Positions 34,511-52,807 of a stretch of 64,000 bases of DNA are shown here, piece by piece; the first letter of the stretch is position 1; the number at the start of each line of letters is the position of its first letter. Source of the DNA: Eledone cirrhosa (Eukaryota); assembly GCA_964016885.1 (NCBI GenBank), contig OZ024741.1:166532001-166596000 (forward strand), read 5' to 3'. Position numbers and translations under genes: made by a program. Below the pieces are notes generated by a model. That model searched no databases and was not told the origin of the DNA. It worked only from the letters and a program-made list of their open reading frames with translations.

Positions 34511-35018
34511 AGATAAGTTCTCCTTCATGTTTATCCACTTCGCCAATCCACCGCTGCTTCAATTATTTCTATGATGGACTCATGTAAATCGTAAAGTACA
34601 ATACTTCTCTCCATTTCCACGCTCAATTCCGTAATAGTCCAAACAAACATCCAATCTCGCAAAATCCGAAATCTGTATTTTTTTGTTATCTATTTAAGGT
34701 TTAAATACGGTGTTTTTGTCGTATTGAACAGAACAAATCTTGCAGTTTTGCTTTTTGTTAAATCGCTTGTTAAACATTCATAACCTTCTATCTTAATTCT
34801 ATCGTTTTCGTCCAATTCCTTAATTCTATCGTATTCTCAAACAAAAAACAAAATCCTCCCCATTCTACTTATAAATTACTTTAAATATATATAGTATGCT
34901 ACTTGAAAGTCAAAAATCCGATCCACCCCTTCACCCTCCTTGCTTCTCCACGAGGGGGCTGCGGTCAGCCACAATATATCTCCCCCCCCCTCTTTCTTCC
35001 CCTCTATCTCTTGCTTAG

Positions 35019-35063
<45 letters not shown>

Positions 35064-35575
35064 AGATAAGTTCTCCTTCATGTTTATCCACTTCGCCAAT
35101 CCACCGCTGCTTCAATTATTTCTATGATGGACTCATGTAAATCGTAAAGTACAATACTTCTCTCCATTTCCACGCTCAATTCCGTAATAGTCCAAACAAA
35201 CATCCAATCTCGCAAAATCCGAAATCTGTATTTTTTTTGTTATCTATTTAAGGTTTAAATACGGTGTTTTTGTCGTATTGAACAGAACAAATCTTGCAGT
35301 TTTGCTTTTTGTTAAATCGCTTGTTAAACATTCATAACCTTCTATCTTAATTCTATCGTTTTCGTCCAATTCCTTAATTCTATCGTATTCTCAAACAAAA
35401 AAACAAAATCCTCCCCATTCTACTTATAAATTACTTTAAATATATATAGTATGCTACTTGAAAGTCAAAAATCCGATCCACCCCTTCACCCTCCTTGCTT
35501 CTCCACGAGGGGGCTGCGGTCAGCCACAATATATCTCCCCCCCCCCCTCTTTCTTCCCCTCTATCTCTTGCTTAG

Positions 35576-35616
<41 letters not shown>

Positions 35617-36127
35617 AGATAAGTTCTCCTTCATGTTTATCCACTTCGCCAATCCACCGCTGCTTCAATTATTTCTATGATGGACTCATGTAAATCGTAA
35701 AGTACAATACTTCTCTCCATTTCCACGCTCAATTCCGTAATAGTCCAAACAAACATCCAATCTCGCAAAATCCGAAATCTGTATTTTTTTGTTATCTATT
35801 TAAGGTTTAAATACGGTGTTTTTGTCGTATTGAACAGAACAAATCTTGCAGTTTTGCTTTTTGTTAAATCGCTTGTTAAACATTCATAACCTTCTATCTT
35901 AATTCTATCGTTTTCGTCCAATTCCTTAATTCTATCGTATTCTCAAACAAAAAACAAAATCCTCCCCATTCTACTTATAAATTACTTTAAATATATATAG
36001 TATGCTACTTGAAAGTCAAAAATCCGATCCACCCCTTCACCCTCCTTGCTTCTCCACGAGGGGGCTGCGGTCAGCCACAATATATCTCCCCCCCCCCTCT
36101 TTCTTCCCCTCTATCTCTTGCTTAGCT

Positions 36128-36164
<37 letters not shown>

Positions 36165-36453
36165 AGATAAGTTCTCCTTCATGTTTATCCACTTCGCCAA
36201 TCCACCGCTGCTTCAATTATTTCTATGATGGACTCATGTAAATCGTAAAGTACAATACTTCTCTCCATTTCCACGCTCAATTCCGTAATAGTCCAAACAA
36301 ACATCCAATCTCGCAAAATCCGAAATCTGTATTTTTTTGTTATCTATTTAAGGTTTAAATACGGTGTTTTTGTCGTATTGAACAGAACAAATCTTGCAGT
36401 TTTGCTTTTTGTTAAATCGCTTGTTAAATCGCTTGTTAAACACTCATAACCTT
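34003..36453 (+). repeat. Tandem ~553-bp monomers (4 full + 1 partial) directly 5' of the RTE LINE
   Basis: Unit starts TTATTTCTATGATGGACTC at 34003, 34563, 35116, 35669 and 36217. The only differences I saw are homopolymer and (CA)n lengths. Confidence 0.95.
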
Positions 36454-36778
36454 CCAGCTAGCTAAAACATTCATAACCTTCCAGCTAGCTACCCCACACC
36501 CCTCCCTCCCCCACACGCCACCATACTTAATACGTGGACCAATCATAAGCCAGAGCCCCCCCCCCCCGCATCACCACCATTATTATAAGCCAGAGCCCCC
36601 CACACCCCCACGCATCACCATTATTATTATTACGCGGACCAAATCATAAGCCAGAGGCCTATACTATCGCTTGCCCGGTTGCCTTCGATATAGGATGGAT
36701 GGATGGATGGATGGACGGACGGACTGCGGAATCCTGGAGAGTGGAAGGGAGAGAAAAATCTGGACGCCCAGAGCGAAA

Positions 36779-39700
36779 ATGCCAAAGTTCAAGTCAAATT
36801 CACCTCGTGGACGAGAATGCGAGCACTCCTCTTTGTTTCGTCCGCGGATGGCTAACATAACCCTATCTCCTCCCGCCCCCCACCACCCCCACCCTCCAAA
36901 CGCAACCCAAAACTTCAGAGTTGGTACCATAAATGTAGGCACCCTAAAGGGTCGCGCTAACGAGGTTGTAGAAATGCTTGAACGTAAGGAGGTCGATGTT
37001 TGTTGTATTCAAGAGACCAGGTGGAGGGGTGGGTCTGCTAGATTCATTGAGGGTAAAAAAACGATGTTATAAGCTTTTCTGGGTGGGAAACGACGATGGG
37101 CTGGGTGGAGTAGGAATCATGGTAGCAGAAAAGTGGGCAGATAAGATAATAGACGTAAATAGAGTGAACGACAGAATAATTAAAATAAGACTTGTCCTCA
37201 ATAGAACTACGGTGACAGTAATATCTGCGTACGCACCCCAATCCGGACTGCCCGGCACTATAAAAGACAGATTCTATGAGACACTGTTGCTAACTACCTC
37301 CCAAATATCTGACAGTGACTATATAATTATTGCAGGCGACCTAAATGGTCACGTTGGACAACATTGTGACGGCTATGACGAAATCCATGGAGGCTATGGG
37401 TTTGGTACTAGAAATGAGGAAGGCTCCAGAATTCTGGAATACTGTGATGCAAATAACCTAACTATCTGTAACACTAACTTCAAAAAACGTGACAATCACC
37501 TGATTACCTATAGATCCGGGGAACACACAAGCCAGGTAGATTATATCCTTACCAGAAGACGTGACAGAGTGTCTGTTGTAAACACTAAATCCCTCCCCCA
37601 TGAAGAATGCACCTCCCAACATAGACTGATAATTAGCGACCTCATAGTCAGGACGAGACGCACCCGACAGCAGAAGAGGACTATCCTCAGGAGGAAAATA
37701 TGGAAACTAAAGGACCCCACAGCCAGAAATAAATTTCAAAGCATATTACTTGATGCTTTCGACAGTAAGGAAGAGCACCTAGAATCGGACAATATAGAGG
37801 GACAGTGGAAATTTCTGAAAGCAAACCTGCTGTTGGCGACAGACGAAGTCTGTGGCTGGAGCAGGCCTGTAGGCAGGAGGAGAGTAACATGGTGGTGGAA
37901 CAATAGGGTGGAGGGGTCAATTAAGGCCAAAAAGCAGGCTTGGAAAGTATGGCGGGATGGGGGAAGTAGAGTAGACTATCAAGTGGCCAGGAGGGAAGCT
38001 AGGAGAGAAGTGTACTTAGCAAGAAGGGAAGCTGAGGAAAGAAAGTTCAAGCATGTTCTACAACGCGATGACCAAAAACGTGAGGTGTTCAGGATTGCCA
38101 GGCAATGCGTGAAGGAAAACCGTGATATTGTCGGGGAGAAGTGTGTACTTAACGATGATGGCATACTTGCCATCACCGACACTGATAAGAAGGTAGCTTG
38201 GAAGTGTCACTATGAAAGGCTACTAAATGAGGAGAATAAATGGGAGAAAGACAGTCTCCCCCTTATCGACCCGATAGAGGGACCAGCAGTGTTAGTCGAG
38301 GGGAGTATAATAAGTAAGGCAATCAAGGATATGAAGACTGGTAAGGCGGCTGGGCCTTCGGAAATAGTTGCTGAGATGCTGAAGGCATCTGGCACGGTGG
38401 GACACACCATGGTCACCCGCATAGTTAACCAAGTCGTACAGAATGGGGTTGTTCCGAAGGACTGGCATAGCAGCATCATCGTTAACTGTTATAAGGGTAA
38501 AGGAGACGCCCTAGATAGGAGTAACTATAGAGGCATTAAATTAATCGACCAGGTCATGAAGGTCACGGAAAAAGTAATAGCGCAACTAATCAGAGAGAGA
38601 ATTGATCTAGATGAAATGCAGTTCGGGTTTGTGTCAGGCAAAAGCACCACAGACGCTCTTTTCATAGTACGACAACTACAGGAGAAGTACCTAGCTAAAG
38701 GTAAACCCCTCTACTTAGCTTTTGTCGACCTGGAGAAAGCCTTCGACAGAGTCCCCCGCTCCATTATCTGGTGGGCTCTTAGAAAACTAGGCGTTGACGA
38801 ATGGCTTGTGAGGGCTATACAAGCCATGTATAAAGAAACAGTCAGCAAGGTTAGAATTAACAACGAATATAGTGAAGAGTTTAGCGTAAAAGTTGGCGTC
38901 CATCAGGGCTCTGTTCTCAGCCCCCTACTATTTATTATTGCCCTTCAGGCTATAACAGAGGAGTTCAAGACAGGCTGCCCATGGGAACTCCTATACGCAG
39001 ACGACCTGACACTCATAGCGGAATCAATGGCCGAGCTAGAGAAGAAATTCCAAACATGGAAGCACGGCCTAGAGTCAAAAGGACTTAAAATTAACCTGGC
39101 TAAGACCAAAGTTCTAGTTTGTAGGAAAGAAAACAAGGCGGCGGTCCCTTCTGGGAAATGGTCGTGCTCGGTATGTAGGAAAGGCGTAGGTAGAAACTCC
39201 ATCTTATGTCCTAAATGCAAAGTATGGGTGCATAAAAGATGTAGTGGGATCACAGGTAAGCTAACTAAGAACATAGACTTTACATGTGGCCGGTGTTCTG
39301 GTGCAATAAGTAGCAGCAAGTGCCCACAAAATACTAGCTCTTTCAATTGCGCAGAGGGTTCTATAGAAATAGTGGACAGCTTCCGTTACCTGGGCGATAA
39401 AATCAGCAGTGGGGGAGGGTGCTCTGAAAGTACTGTAGCTAGAGTCAGAACTGGTTGGAAAAAGTTCAGAGAGCTTATACCACTATTAGCTGCTAAAGGG
39501 TTCTCCCTAAAAATGAAAGGCAGGTTGTACGATGCCTGCATACGAACAGCAATGTTGCATGGTAGTGAGACCTGGGCATTGTGTGCAGAGGATATACGCA
39601 GACTAGAGAGGAACGAAGCTTGCATGCTCCGCTGGATGTGTAACAGTAATATACGTGAACGGCAAAGCATAAACGAACTAAGGAAAAAATTAGAGATAAG

Positions 39701-39962
39701 AGGGATCAGATGTTGTTTACTCGAGAGAAGGCTGCGTTGGTATGGACACGTGATGCGCATGAAAGTCGATAGCTGTATTACAAAGTGCAGGGCAATAAAG
39801 ATAGACGGTAGCCACGGAATAGGCAGACCTAGAAAAACATGGGATGAGCTGATAAACTCCGACCTCACACACTTACACCTCTCCAAGACAATGTCACTGG
39901 ACCGTGACCTTTGGCGGTACTCAGTAACAGAGAAGACCCGCCTTGCCAGTAGGTATATCTAA
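36779..39962 (+). CDS. RTE LINE polyprotein: AP endonuclease + reverse transcriptase with PHD-like finger (one frameshift in the A7 run at ~37060)
   Basis: APE motifs: RVGTINVGTL, CCIQETRW, SAYAPQ, IAGDLNGH, QVDYIL, SQHRLI. RT motifs: QFGFVSGKST, FVDLEKAFD, GVHQGSVLSPLLF, LLYADDL. CSVC..CPKC.WVHKRC..CGRC finger; RRLRWYGHV. Start codon uncertain (ATG 36779 or 36848). Confidence 0.9.
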
Positions 39963-40317
39963 CAAAATACACCCCTCCCGCCGCCACCCCCACCCCATCC
40001 ACACCACCCCGTTCTATGTAAAGTTATGTTGGTGCCGCGCCATCCAGGCCGAAACAAATGAGATCGTGTAGGTGTCACGACAAAAAAACACACAGTCCAC
40101 GCTGTAATGTGGCCGTGTAGGCAACACGGTAAAAACCTCCCAGACCCACACTGTAAATGTGGTTGGTGTTAGGAAGGGCATCCAACTGTAGAAAACCTGC
40201 CAGACAGTCCTATGCGAGCAAGACAATCACTCTTGCCTCAAGTGGGACTACCCCCGTCCAAACCCATGCAAGCGTGGAACACGGACGTTAAACGTTGATG
40301 ATGATGATGATGATGAT

Positions 40318-42068
<1,751 letters not shown>

Positions 42069-42110
42069 ATGATATTAAATAAATGGAAACTATATTTATA
42101 AAACCATATT

Positions 42111-42176
42111 TATTTCGTTATATATATTTCAGGGATATCATATTAACAATATGTTATGCCCTCTTCAGACAAAATA
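42111..42176 (-). ncRNA. Minimal type-I hammerhead ribozyme, 3' pLTR
   Basis: TATTTTGT-CTGAAGA-[GGGCATAACATATT(GTT)AATATGATATCCCT]-GAAA-TATATA-TA/ACGAAATA. Confidence 0.8.
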
Positions 42177-43448
42177 CAATATAAACAGTCTTATAAATAA
42201 ATAAATAGATACGACATACCTTTCAATCACCTTGCATTTGGGAGGTTGATTTGGCAGTAAAAAATATTGTGGACAGTTGTAAAAAGAAAGAGATAAAGAG
42301 AGAAAGAAAGAGAAACGAAAAAAAAAAGAAGAAATGCATGTGACTAAATAGAGAGATATAGAAAGATAGATAAAGAGAAGAACTTCATGTAAAGAAACAG
42401 AGAGAAATATATATAGAGAGGAAAAAAGAAAGAGATAGATAGAGATAGATAGAGAAACTAGGAAGTTGAGTATCGGTTGATACGTTTATTTATTTATTTA
42501 TTTATTTATTTAGCACTAGTATTAATGTAAAGAGAGATGTATGTAGTTAAGAGAGAAAATAGCCGTTATATAGAGAGAAAAAAGAGAAAATGAAAAAGAG
42601 AAAATGAAACATAACCAGACATAAACGATGCAGAATTTAAAACCGCTATGTTTTATCCCGTAGAAAATATTAATTCGTATAAAACAGGCATTATAATGTA
42701 AATACCAGTATTCATGAATGAGACATGTATCTATAATGTGTGAAAAGTAATGATCTTATGTCTAGTTTTTAAAAATTCATATGTTTATATCATAATTATA
42801 AACAAACTCCCAATTCACACGAAAACATTCTCATTGTGCTATAAAAATTCAAGTATACATATATGTGTGTATATATACACATATATATAGAGTCTATATT
42901 AATTTTAACAATACTATTCTTGTCTTTATTCTACATGATTGTCGATCAAGCAGAAATAGAGAACAGATTTCAATATATTAATAAAAATAAAAATAAAAAT
43001 ATCAGAGACAAGAAAATAAATAAATAAACAGAAAACTAAAACATTTAATATTAAAAATAAAAAATATTAGAAAATATTAAAAAATATTAAAAAATAATAC
43101 AAATAAAACACAGAGATCAGCCTTTCAAAGTTAATTGACAATATATTGCCAAGATCATCATAAGCATCAGAGTCGAAGCAGATAAAACAAAAATTGTTTA
43201 CCGAATCCTGTCTAGCAGAAATCATTCCAAAAGTTTAGGATACCCATTTGGTCTACATATGTTCTTATATTTAATATAGAAGTTTATCTAGTTTAAAATT
43301 TAATTCGATATATTTGGAGCATCAGCTTTTAGGGTAGTTTAATTATTCATGAAGAATGTTTTAATAAAAAGAATGTTTTAATAAAAAGAAGAAATCGAAA
43401 GATTTATCGGCTAGTTTCATAAATAATTACAAATCAAATCAAACATAA

Positions 43449-45663
43449 CTACATTTTAAATTTAAATTTATATTTAAACGTTGAGTTTAATCTATGTCTG
43501 CAGCAACTGAATAAATTTGTCCGTAGATTAAGGGAATTTTTAGATTTTAGTATAAAGAATATCTCCTCCGCACAGAGGTCACATGTCTCAGAGGATGAAT
43601 TAAAAGGAATCCCCCTTGAACTATATTCCAAGTCGTCGAATATCTAACGTTATCATGCCTAAGTTGCCAGAGTACGCCTGATAGTGCTGTTGAAGATTTT
43701 TTGGATGGATCTGTGAAAGAATTCTTGTGGTTGTTATAGCGAAGTTTAAATTCCGTCGATGTAGAACCAACGTAGTTAAAAGAATTAACGTCCGTTTTAA
43801 CATTACGGTTGTATATTATATTTTTAACTAAGCAGTTGTTATTTAACGGACATTTAGATCTATCTCTACAGTTACATTTGTTAACTTGGATATTATTTAT
43901 GCTATTATCGCTAGGTTTTAAGTTCCTGTTATTTATTCTATTAATATTTTGCGCTAAATTTTTGGTGGATGAGTAAGTTAGTTTTATAGTATGTCTATTG
44001 AAAATTGAGTGATACCTATGTGTTCTAGGGAAGCGATTATCGAGAGCTTTAAAAAATAGTTTAGCAATGTGGGTTTTAATGTTTAGTGAGAAAGGGGGGG
44101 GGGCAAACCATATTATATTCCTAGTTCTATTTCTTTTATGGCTTTTGGAATTATTGTAATGCTTTCTATTATAGTTGTTAAGGTTGTGGCCATAATTAAA
44201 ATAGTTGTTATTTTGTTTAATTTGTTTATCATTATCTATGTACATAATGTTATCACTATATCCTGCTCTAGCTAACGCTTCATTGTAATAATGGGCTTTT
44301 TCGTCGAAAATCTTTTTATTAGATGAGATTCTAGAGATACGTGATTGAACAGAGTTTACTATAGTATTTTTAACAGATTTGGGGTGGTTAGAGTTAAAGC
44401 TGACATAGTTTAAGTTTTCATTCAACTTGTGAAATGGATAGTGAAGACATGTGTTGAGATTTAATGTTATATCTAGGAAGTTGACTATTCTATGGTTATT
44501 CTCAATTTCTATTTTTAGATTAAAGTGATTAAAAAATTGTGTAATTTGTTTTCTTTTTCTATTTAGTTCAGAGTTATTATTATCAATAAGTAAAAGCATG
44601 TCATCTCTATATAAACCTCCGGTAGTACCAGATATTTTCCTATGCAGCGAATTGATTAAAAATAAGCCCACAAGGTCAGTTACCTGAGCTGAGTCGGATG
44701 ATCCCATAGTAATGTCAAAATTGTTATCTCTATCTGCTCGGGTCCATAGTTGGTCATTAAATTCTATCAATGTTTTCCTAGCCGATAATATAATGTGCAT
44801 TTCATTGCTAGTTAGGTCTGTATGTTTGAATGCGTAATTTAGTGCCTTATTTAGTAGATTAGGGGTAATGGAAGAATAATAGTTAGCAATATCAAGTTGA
44901 ATAAACTTATTATTATTGTTATATTTAATTTGCTTAAACCACTCAACAATCTCACCAGTTCCCTTCCACAAGCTCAGGTTAGGTAAACAACTCAAGTTTT
45001 TAATTTGCTGTATCACCCTGTCAAGAATGTTTTTGCTTAGTTTACCCAGGTCCGATTTTGATGGTGCAATCAATCTGACTGGCAAGTCATTCTCGAAATT
45101 TCTCTTATGATCTTTCATATTGATCTTCGGTTTCCTGGGCACGAAAGGTTGTGTTCTGTTCTCGATTTCCAACTCGTGCATTATACAAGATGCCTCAACA
45201 TTCATTTTCTCTAGCTCGGCCTTATCTGCTACCTTGTACTTTTTCCTCAGTTCTTTTAGTATGAGGCCATTATACATGTCTTTCTGCACTCCATAGAGGT
45301 TGTTGGTCTTGTCAGATTTTACAAGATCTTCTCAGTTTTCTCCAAGTTCTCAATATTATCCCTAATGCCTTTCAGATATTCCTGGCCTTTGAAGTTTCTC
45401 TTAAATTTGACTCCTTGTATGATAGAAATTATATCGTTTTCAAAGTCAGATAAAAGTTTGTTGGGGGGTGGATTTCTTTTGGATTTGAAAACTTTGTTTA
45501 AGTCCGAGACATTTTCATTTATATTAGATTTATCAAAGTGGAATGCTCGCCACCTGATTCTCCTTATAAAAGAGTCAGATTTATCTATTAATTGTTTTAT
45601 AAAGTCTTTGTTTCTAGGTAGAGGTATGTCTTTTAAAGAGAAAGTAATCTTAAAGAATTCCAT
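43449..45663 (-). CDS. Hydra-type PLE RT + GIY-YIG protein (two 1-nt frameshifts at T runs, ~45322 and ~43618)
   Basis: N-terminus FSLKDIPLP..FIRRIRWRAFHF; KSDKTNNLY across the first shift; KDHKRNF..VRLIAPSKSDLG; YRDD; CNCRDRSKCPLNNNC (CxCx5Cx5C); NIIY..YVGST; CDLCAEE..LN...CRH. Confidence 0.88.
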
Positions 45664-45842
45664 TTTTTCAGTTATAATATAAAGCGCTCAACAGATTTGG
45701 AGCAAGATACATGGAAAGTTATATTTAAATTGTTGGGTTAACAACGAGTAAATATTTATAACTGATATAAAAGCACTCAACAAGTATTTGGAGTATATTT
45801 ATGATATTAAATAAATGGAAACTATATTTATAAAACCATATT

Positions 45843-45908
45843 TATTTCGTTATATATATTTCAGGGATATCATATTAACAATATGTTATGCCCTCTTCAG
45901 ACAAAATA
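45843..45908 (-). ncRNA. Minimal type-I hammerhead ribozyme, 5' pLTR
   Basis: Identical to 42111-42176. Confidence 0.8.
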
Positions 45909-46479
45909 CAATATAAACAGTCTTATAAATAAATAAATAGATACGACATACCTTTCAATCACCTTGCATTTGGGAGGTTGATTTGGCAGTAAAAAATATT
46001 GTGGACAGTTGTAAAAAGAAAGAGATAAAGAGAGAAAGAAAGAGAAACGAAAAAAAAAAGAAGAAATGCATGTGACTAAATAGAGAGATATAGAAAGATA
46101 GATAAAGAGAAGAACTTCATGTAAAGAAACAGAGAGAAATATATAGAGAGAGGAAAAAAGAAAGAGATAGATAGAGATAGATAGAGAAACTAGGAAGTTG
46201 AGTATCGGTTGATACGTTTATTTATTTATTTATTTATTTATTTAGCTCTAGTATTAATGTAAAGAGAGATGTATGTAGTTAAGAGAGAAATAGCCGTTAT
46301 ATAGAGAGAAAAAAGAGAAAATGAAAAAGAGAAAATGAAACATAACCAGACATAAACGAGGCAGAATTTAAAACCGCTATGTTTTATCCGTAGAAAATAT
46401 TAATTCGTATAAAACAGGCATTATAATGTAAGTACCAGTATTCATGAATGAGACATGTATCTATAATGTGTGAAAAGTA

Positions 46480-50710
<4,231 letters not shown>

Positions 50711-50984
50711 AGTAATAATAAATACAAAGACCAAAATCCGAAGATATAAAGTCTGTGTGTGTGTGTGTGTGTGTGTGTATCTATATATATATGTTATTCA
50801 GTGAATGTTTAGTGTATTTAAATATTTAAGTACACAAAGCTATAAATCAAGAATATATGTATATATATATCTGTATGTGTGTATGAGAGAGTGTGTGTAT
50901 AAATAAATTGATAAATAGACAGACACACACACAAACACACACTTTGTATAATTTTAGTTTTAGTTTTCGGTCTTCTCATGCCTT

Positions 50985-52485
50985 GAGGTGCATAAGGCAG
51001 CAACATTCTACAAGTACAGTCAATCTGCCACCATTCTTTTGGAACCTGTCCAACTAATTCCTGTGTTCCTCAGGTCCTTCTGGAATGTTCAGCACCAAGT
51101 ATTTTTGGGTCACCTATTCCTCCATTTTCCCTTCTCCAGTATCCATAACATTGCAGTCGTTGCATGCCATGTGGCTAGCAGGTCCATAACATTGCAGTCG
51201 TTGCATGCCATGTGGCTAGCAGGTCCATAACATTGCAGTCGTTGCATGCCATGTGGCTAGCAGGTCCATAACATTGCAGTCGTTGCATGCCATGTGGCTA
51301 GCAGGTCCATAACATTGCAGTCGTTGCATGCCATGTGGCTAGCAGGTCCATAACATTACAGTCGTTGCATGCCATGTGGTTAACAGGTCCATAACATTGC
51401 AGTCGTTGCATGCCAAGTGGCTAGCAGGTCCATAACATTAGTCGTTGCATGCCATGTGGCTAGCAGGTCCATAACATTGCAGTCGTTGCATGCCATGTGG
51501 CTAGCAGGTCCATAACATTGCAGTCGTTGCATGCCATGTGGCTAGCAGGTCCATAACATTAGTCGTTGCATGCCATGTGGCTAGCAGGTCCATAACATTG
51601 CAGTCGTTGCATGCCATGTGGCTAGCAGGTCCATAACATTAGTCGTTGCATGCCATGTGGCTAGCAGGTCCATAACATTGCAGTCGTTGCATGCCATGTG
51701 GCTAGCAGGTCCATAACATTGCAGTCGTTGCATGCCATGTGGCTAGCAGGTCCATAACATTAGTCGTTGCATGCCATGTGGCTAGCAGGTCCATAACATT
51801 GCAGTCGTTGCATGCCATGTGGCTAGCAGGTCCATAACATTAGTCGTTGCATGCCATGTGGCTAGCAGGTCCATAACATTGCAGTCGTTGCATGCCATGT
51901 GGCTAGCAGGTCCATAACATTAGTCTTTGCATGCCATGTGGCTAGCAGGTCCATAACATTGCAGTCGTTGCATGCCATGTGGCTAGCAGGTCCATAACAT
52001 TGCAGTCGTTGCATGCCATGTGGCTAGCAGGTCCATAACATTAGTCGTTGCATGCCATGTGGCTAGCAGGTCCATAACATTGCAGTCGTTGCATGCCATG
52101 TGGCTAGCAGGTCCATAACATTAGTCGTTGCATGCCATGTGGCTAGCAGGTCCATAACATTGCAGTCGTTGCATGCCATGTGGCTAGCAGGTCCATAACA
52201 TTGCAGTTCTTGCATGCCATGTGGTTAGCAGGAGTAAAATGTGACACATCAAGTTAAACCAACACAGTGTCATAATATTTGCAGTGGCTGGGACTTGCTT
52301 CACAAATGAATTCCATTTGTGACTTTATCTTTCTAGGTGACCTTGAGCTGGCAACAATGGTGGAAAATGTCAAGTTTCTTTACCAGATTGGCTGTAATTT
52401 TCCATGTTTCATTGCCATACAGTACTGTTGGTAAAATTATTGCATGATAAAGTTTGACTTTCTTTTATAATACTTAATGCTATCC
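50985..52485 (-). pseudogene. Decayed RTE-type LINE 3' fragment
   Basis: Minus strand 52465->52360 reads KVKLYHAIILPTVLYGNETWKIT..DIFHH. After the minisatellite it continues as ..HARTAMLW..GK..-like C-terminal sequence. Confidence 0.7.
51142..52232. repeat. 41/39-bp minisatellite, ~27 units
   Basis: Unit TCCATAACATTGCAGTCGTTGCATGCCATGTGGCTAGCAGG; the variant lacks GC after CATT. Confidence 0.97.
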
Positions 52486-52501
52486 AGATATGAAGTGTGT
52501 G

Positions 52502-52560
<59 letters not shown>

Positions 52561-52807
52561 ATTTAAGTAGATTTCATGTCATTTATACTTACTAGATCAT
52601 TGAAAAATTTTAATTTGACAAAATTATTACAATTAATATAATGAAATAATTTAATTTGCTATTTTGTAGGAGTCTGATCAGCATGACATTATGAGAATAT
52701 AATATTCAGCTAGGGTTTTAAAAAAGGTAAAACAAACTTAAGAAAAAAAAATTTAAGGTAAATGTCCCATTTCTTAGAGAATAGCACCATTTATGTAGAA
52801 CAAATAC

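Larger units (their letters stand above)
34003..40317 (+). mobile_element. Near-intact RTE-clade LINE including 5' tandem monomers and (GAT)n tail
   Basis: APE-RT ORF; 3'UTR ends ACGGACGTTAAACGTT(GAT)7. The same TATATGTATATAAA-type microsatellite flanks 34002 and 40318. Confidence 0.85.
42069..46479 (-). mobile_element. Penelope-like element (Hydra-type), apparently full length, with tandem pLTRs
   Basis: Near-identical direct repeats 42069-42749 and 45801-46479 flank a complete ORF. Each has an HHR, and the element is inserted in a TA-rich array. Confidence 0.92.

Noticed and set aside
36800-36865. Possible HDV-like ribozyme in the RTE 5'UTR (TCACCTCGTGG...CGGATGGCTAAC)
   Set aside because: It resembles the L3 and J4/2 motifs, but I could not build P1 or P2. 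The region folds more simply as one hairpin before the ATG. An RNArobo or Infernal search would settle it.
51142-52232. CRISPR-like appearance of the 41-bp repeats
   Set aside because: There are no unique spacers, no cas genes, and the context is eukaryotic; this is a plain minisatellite.
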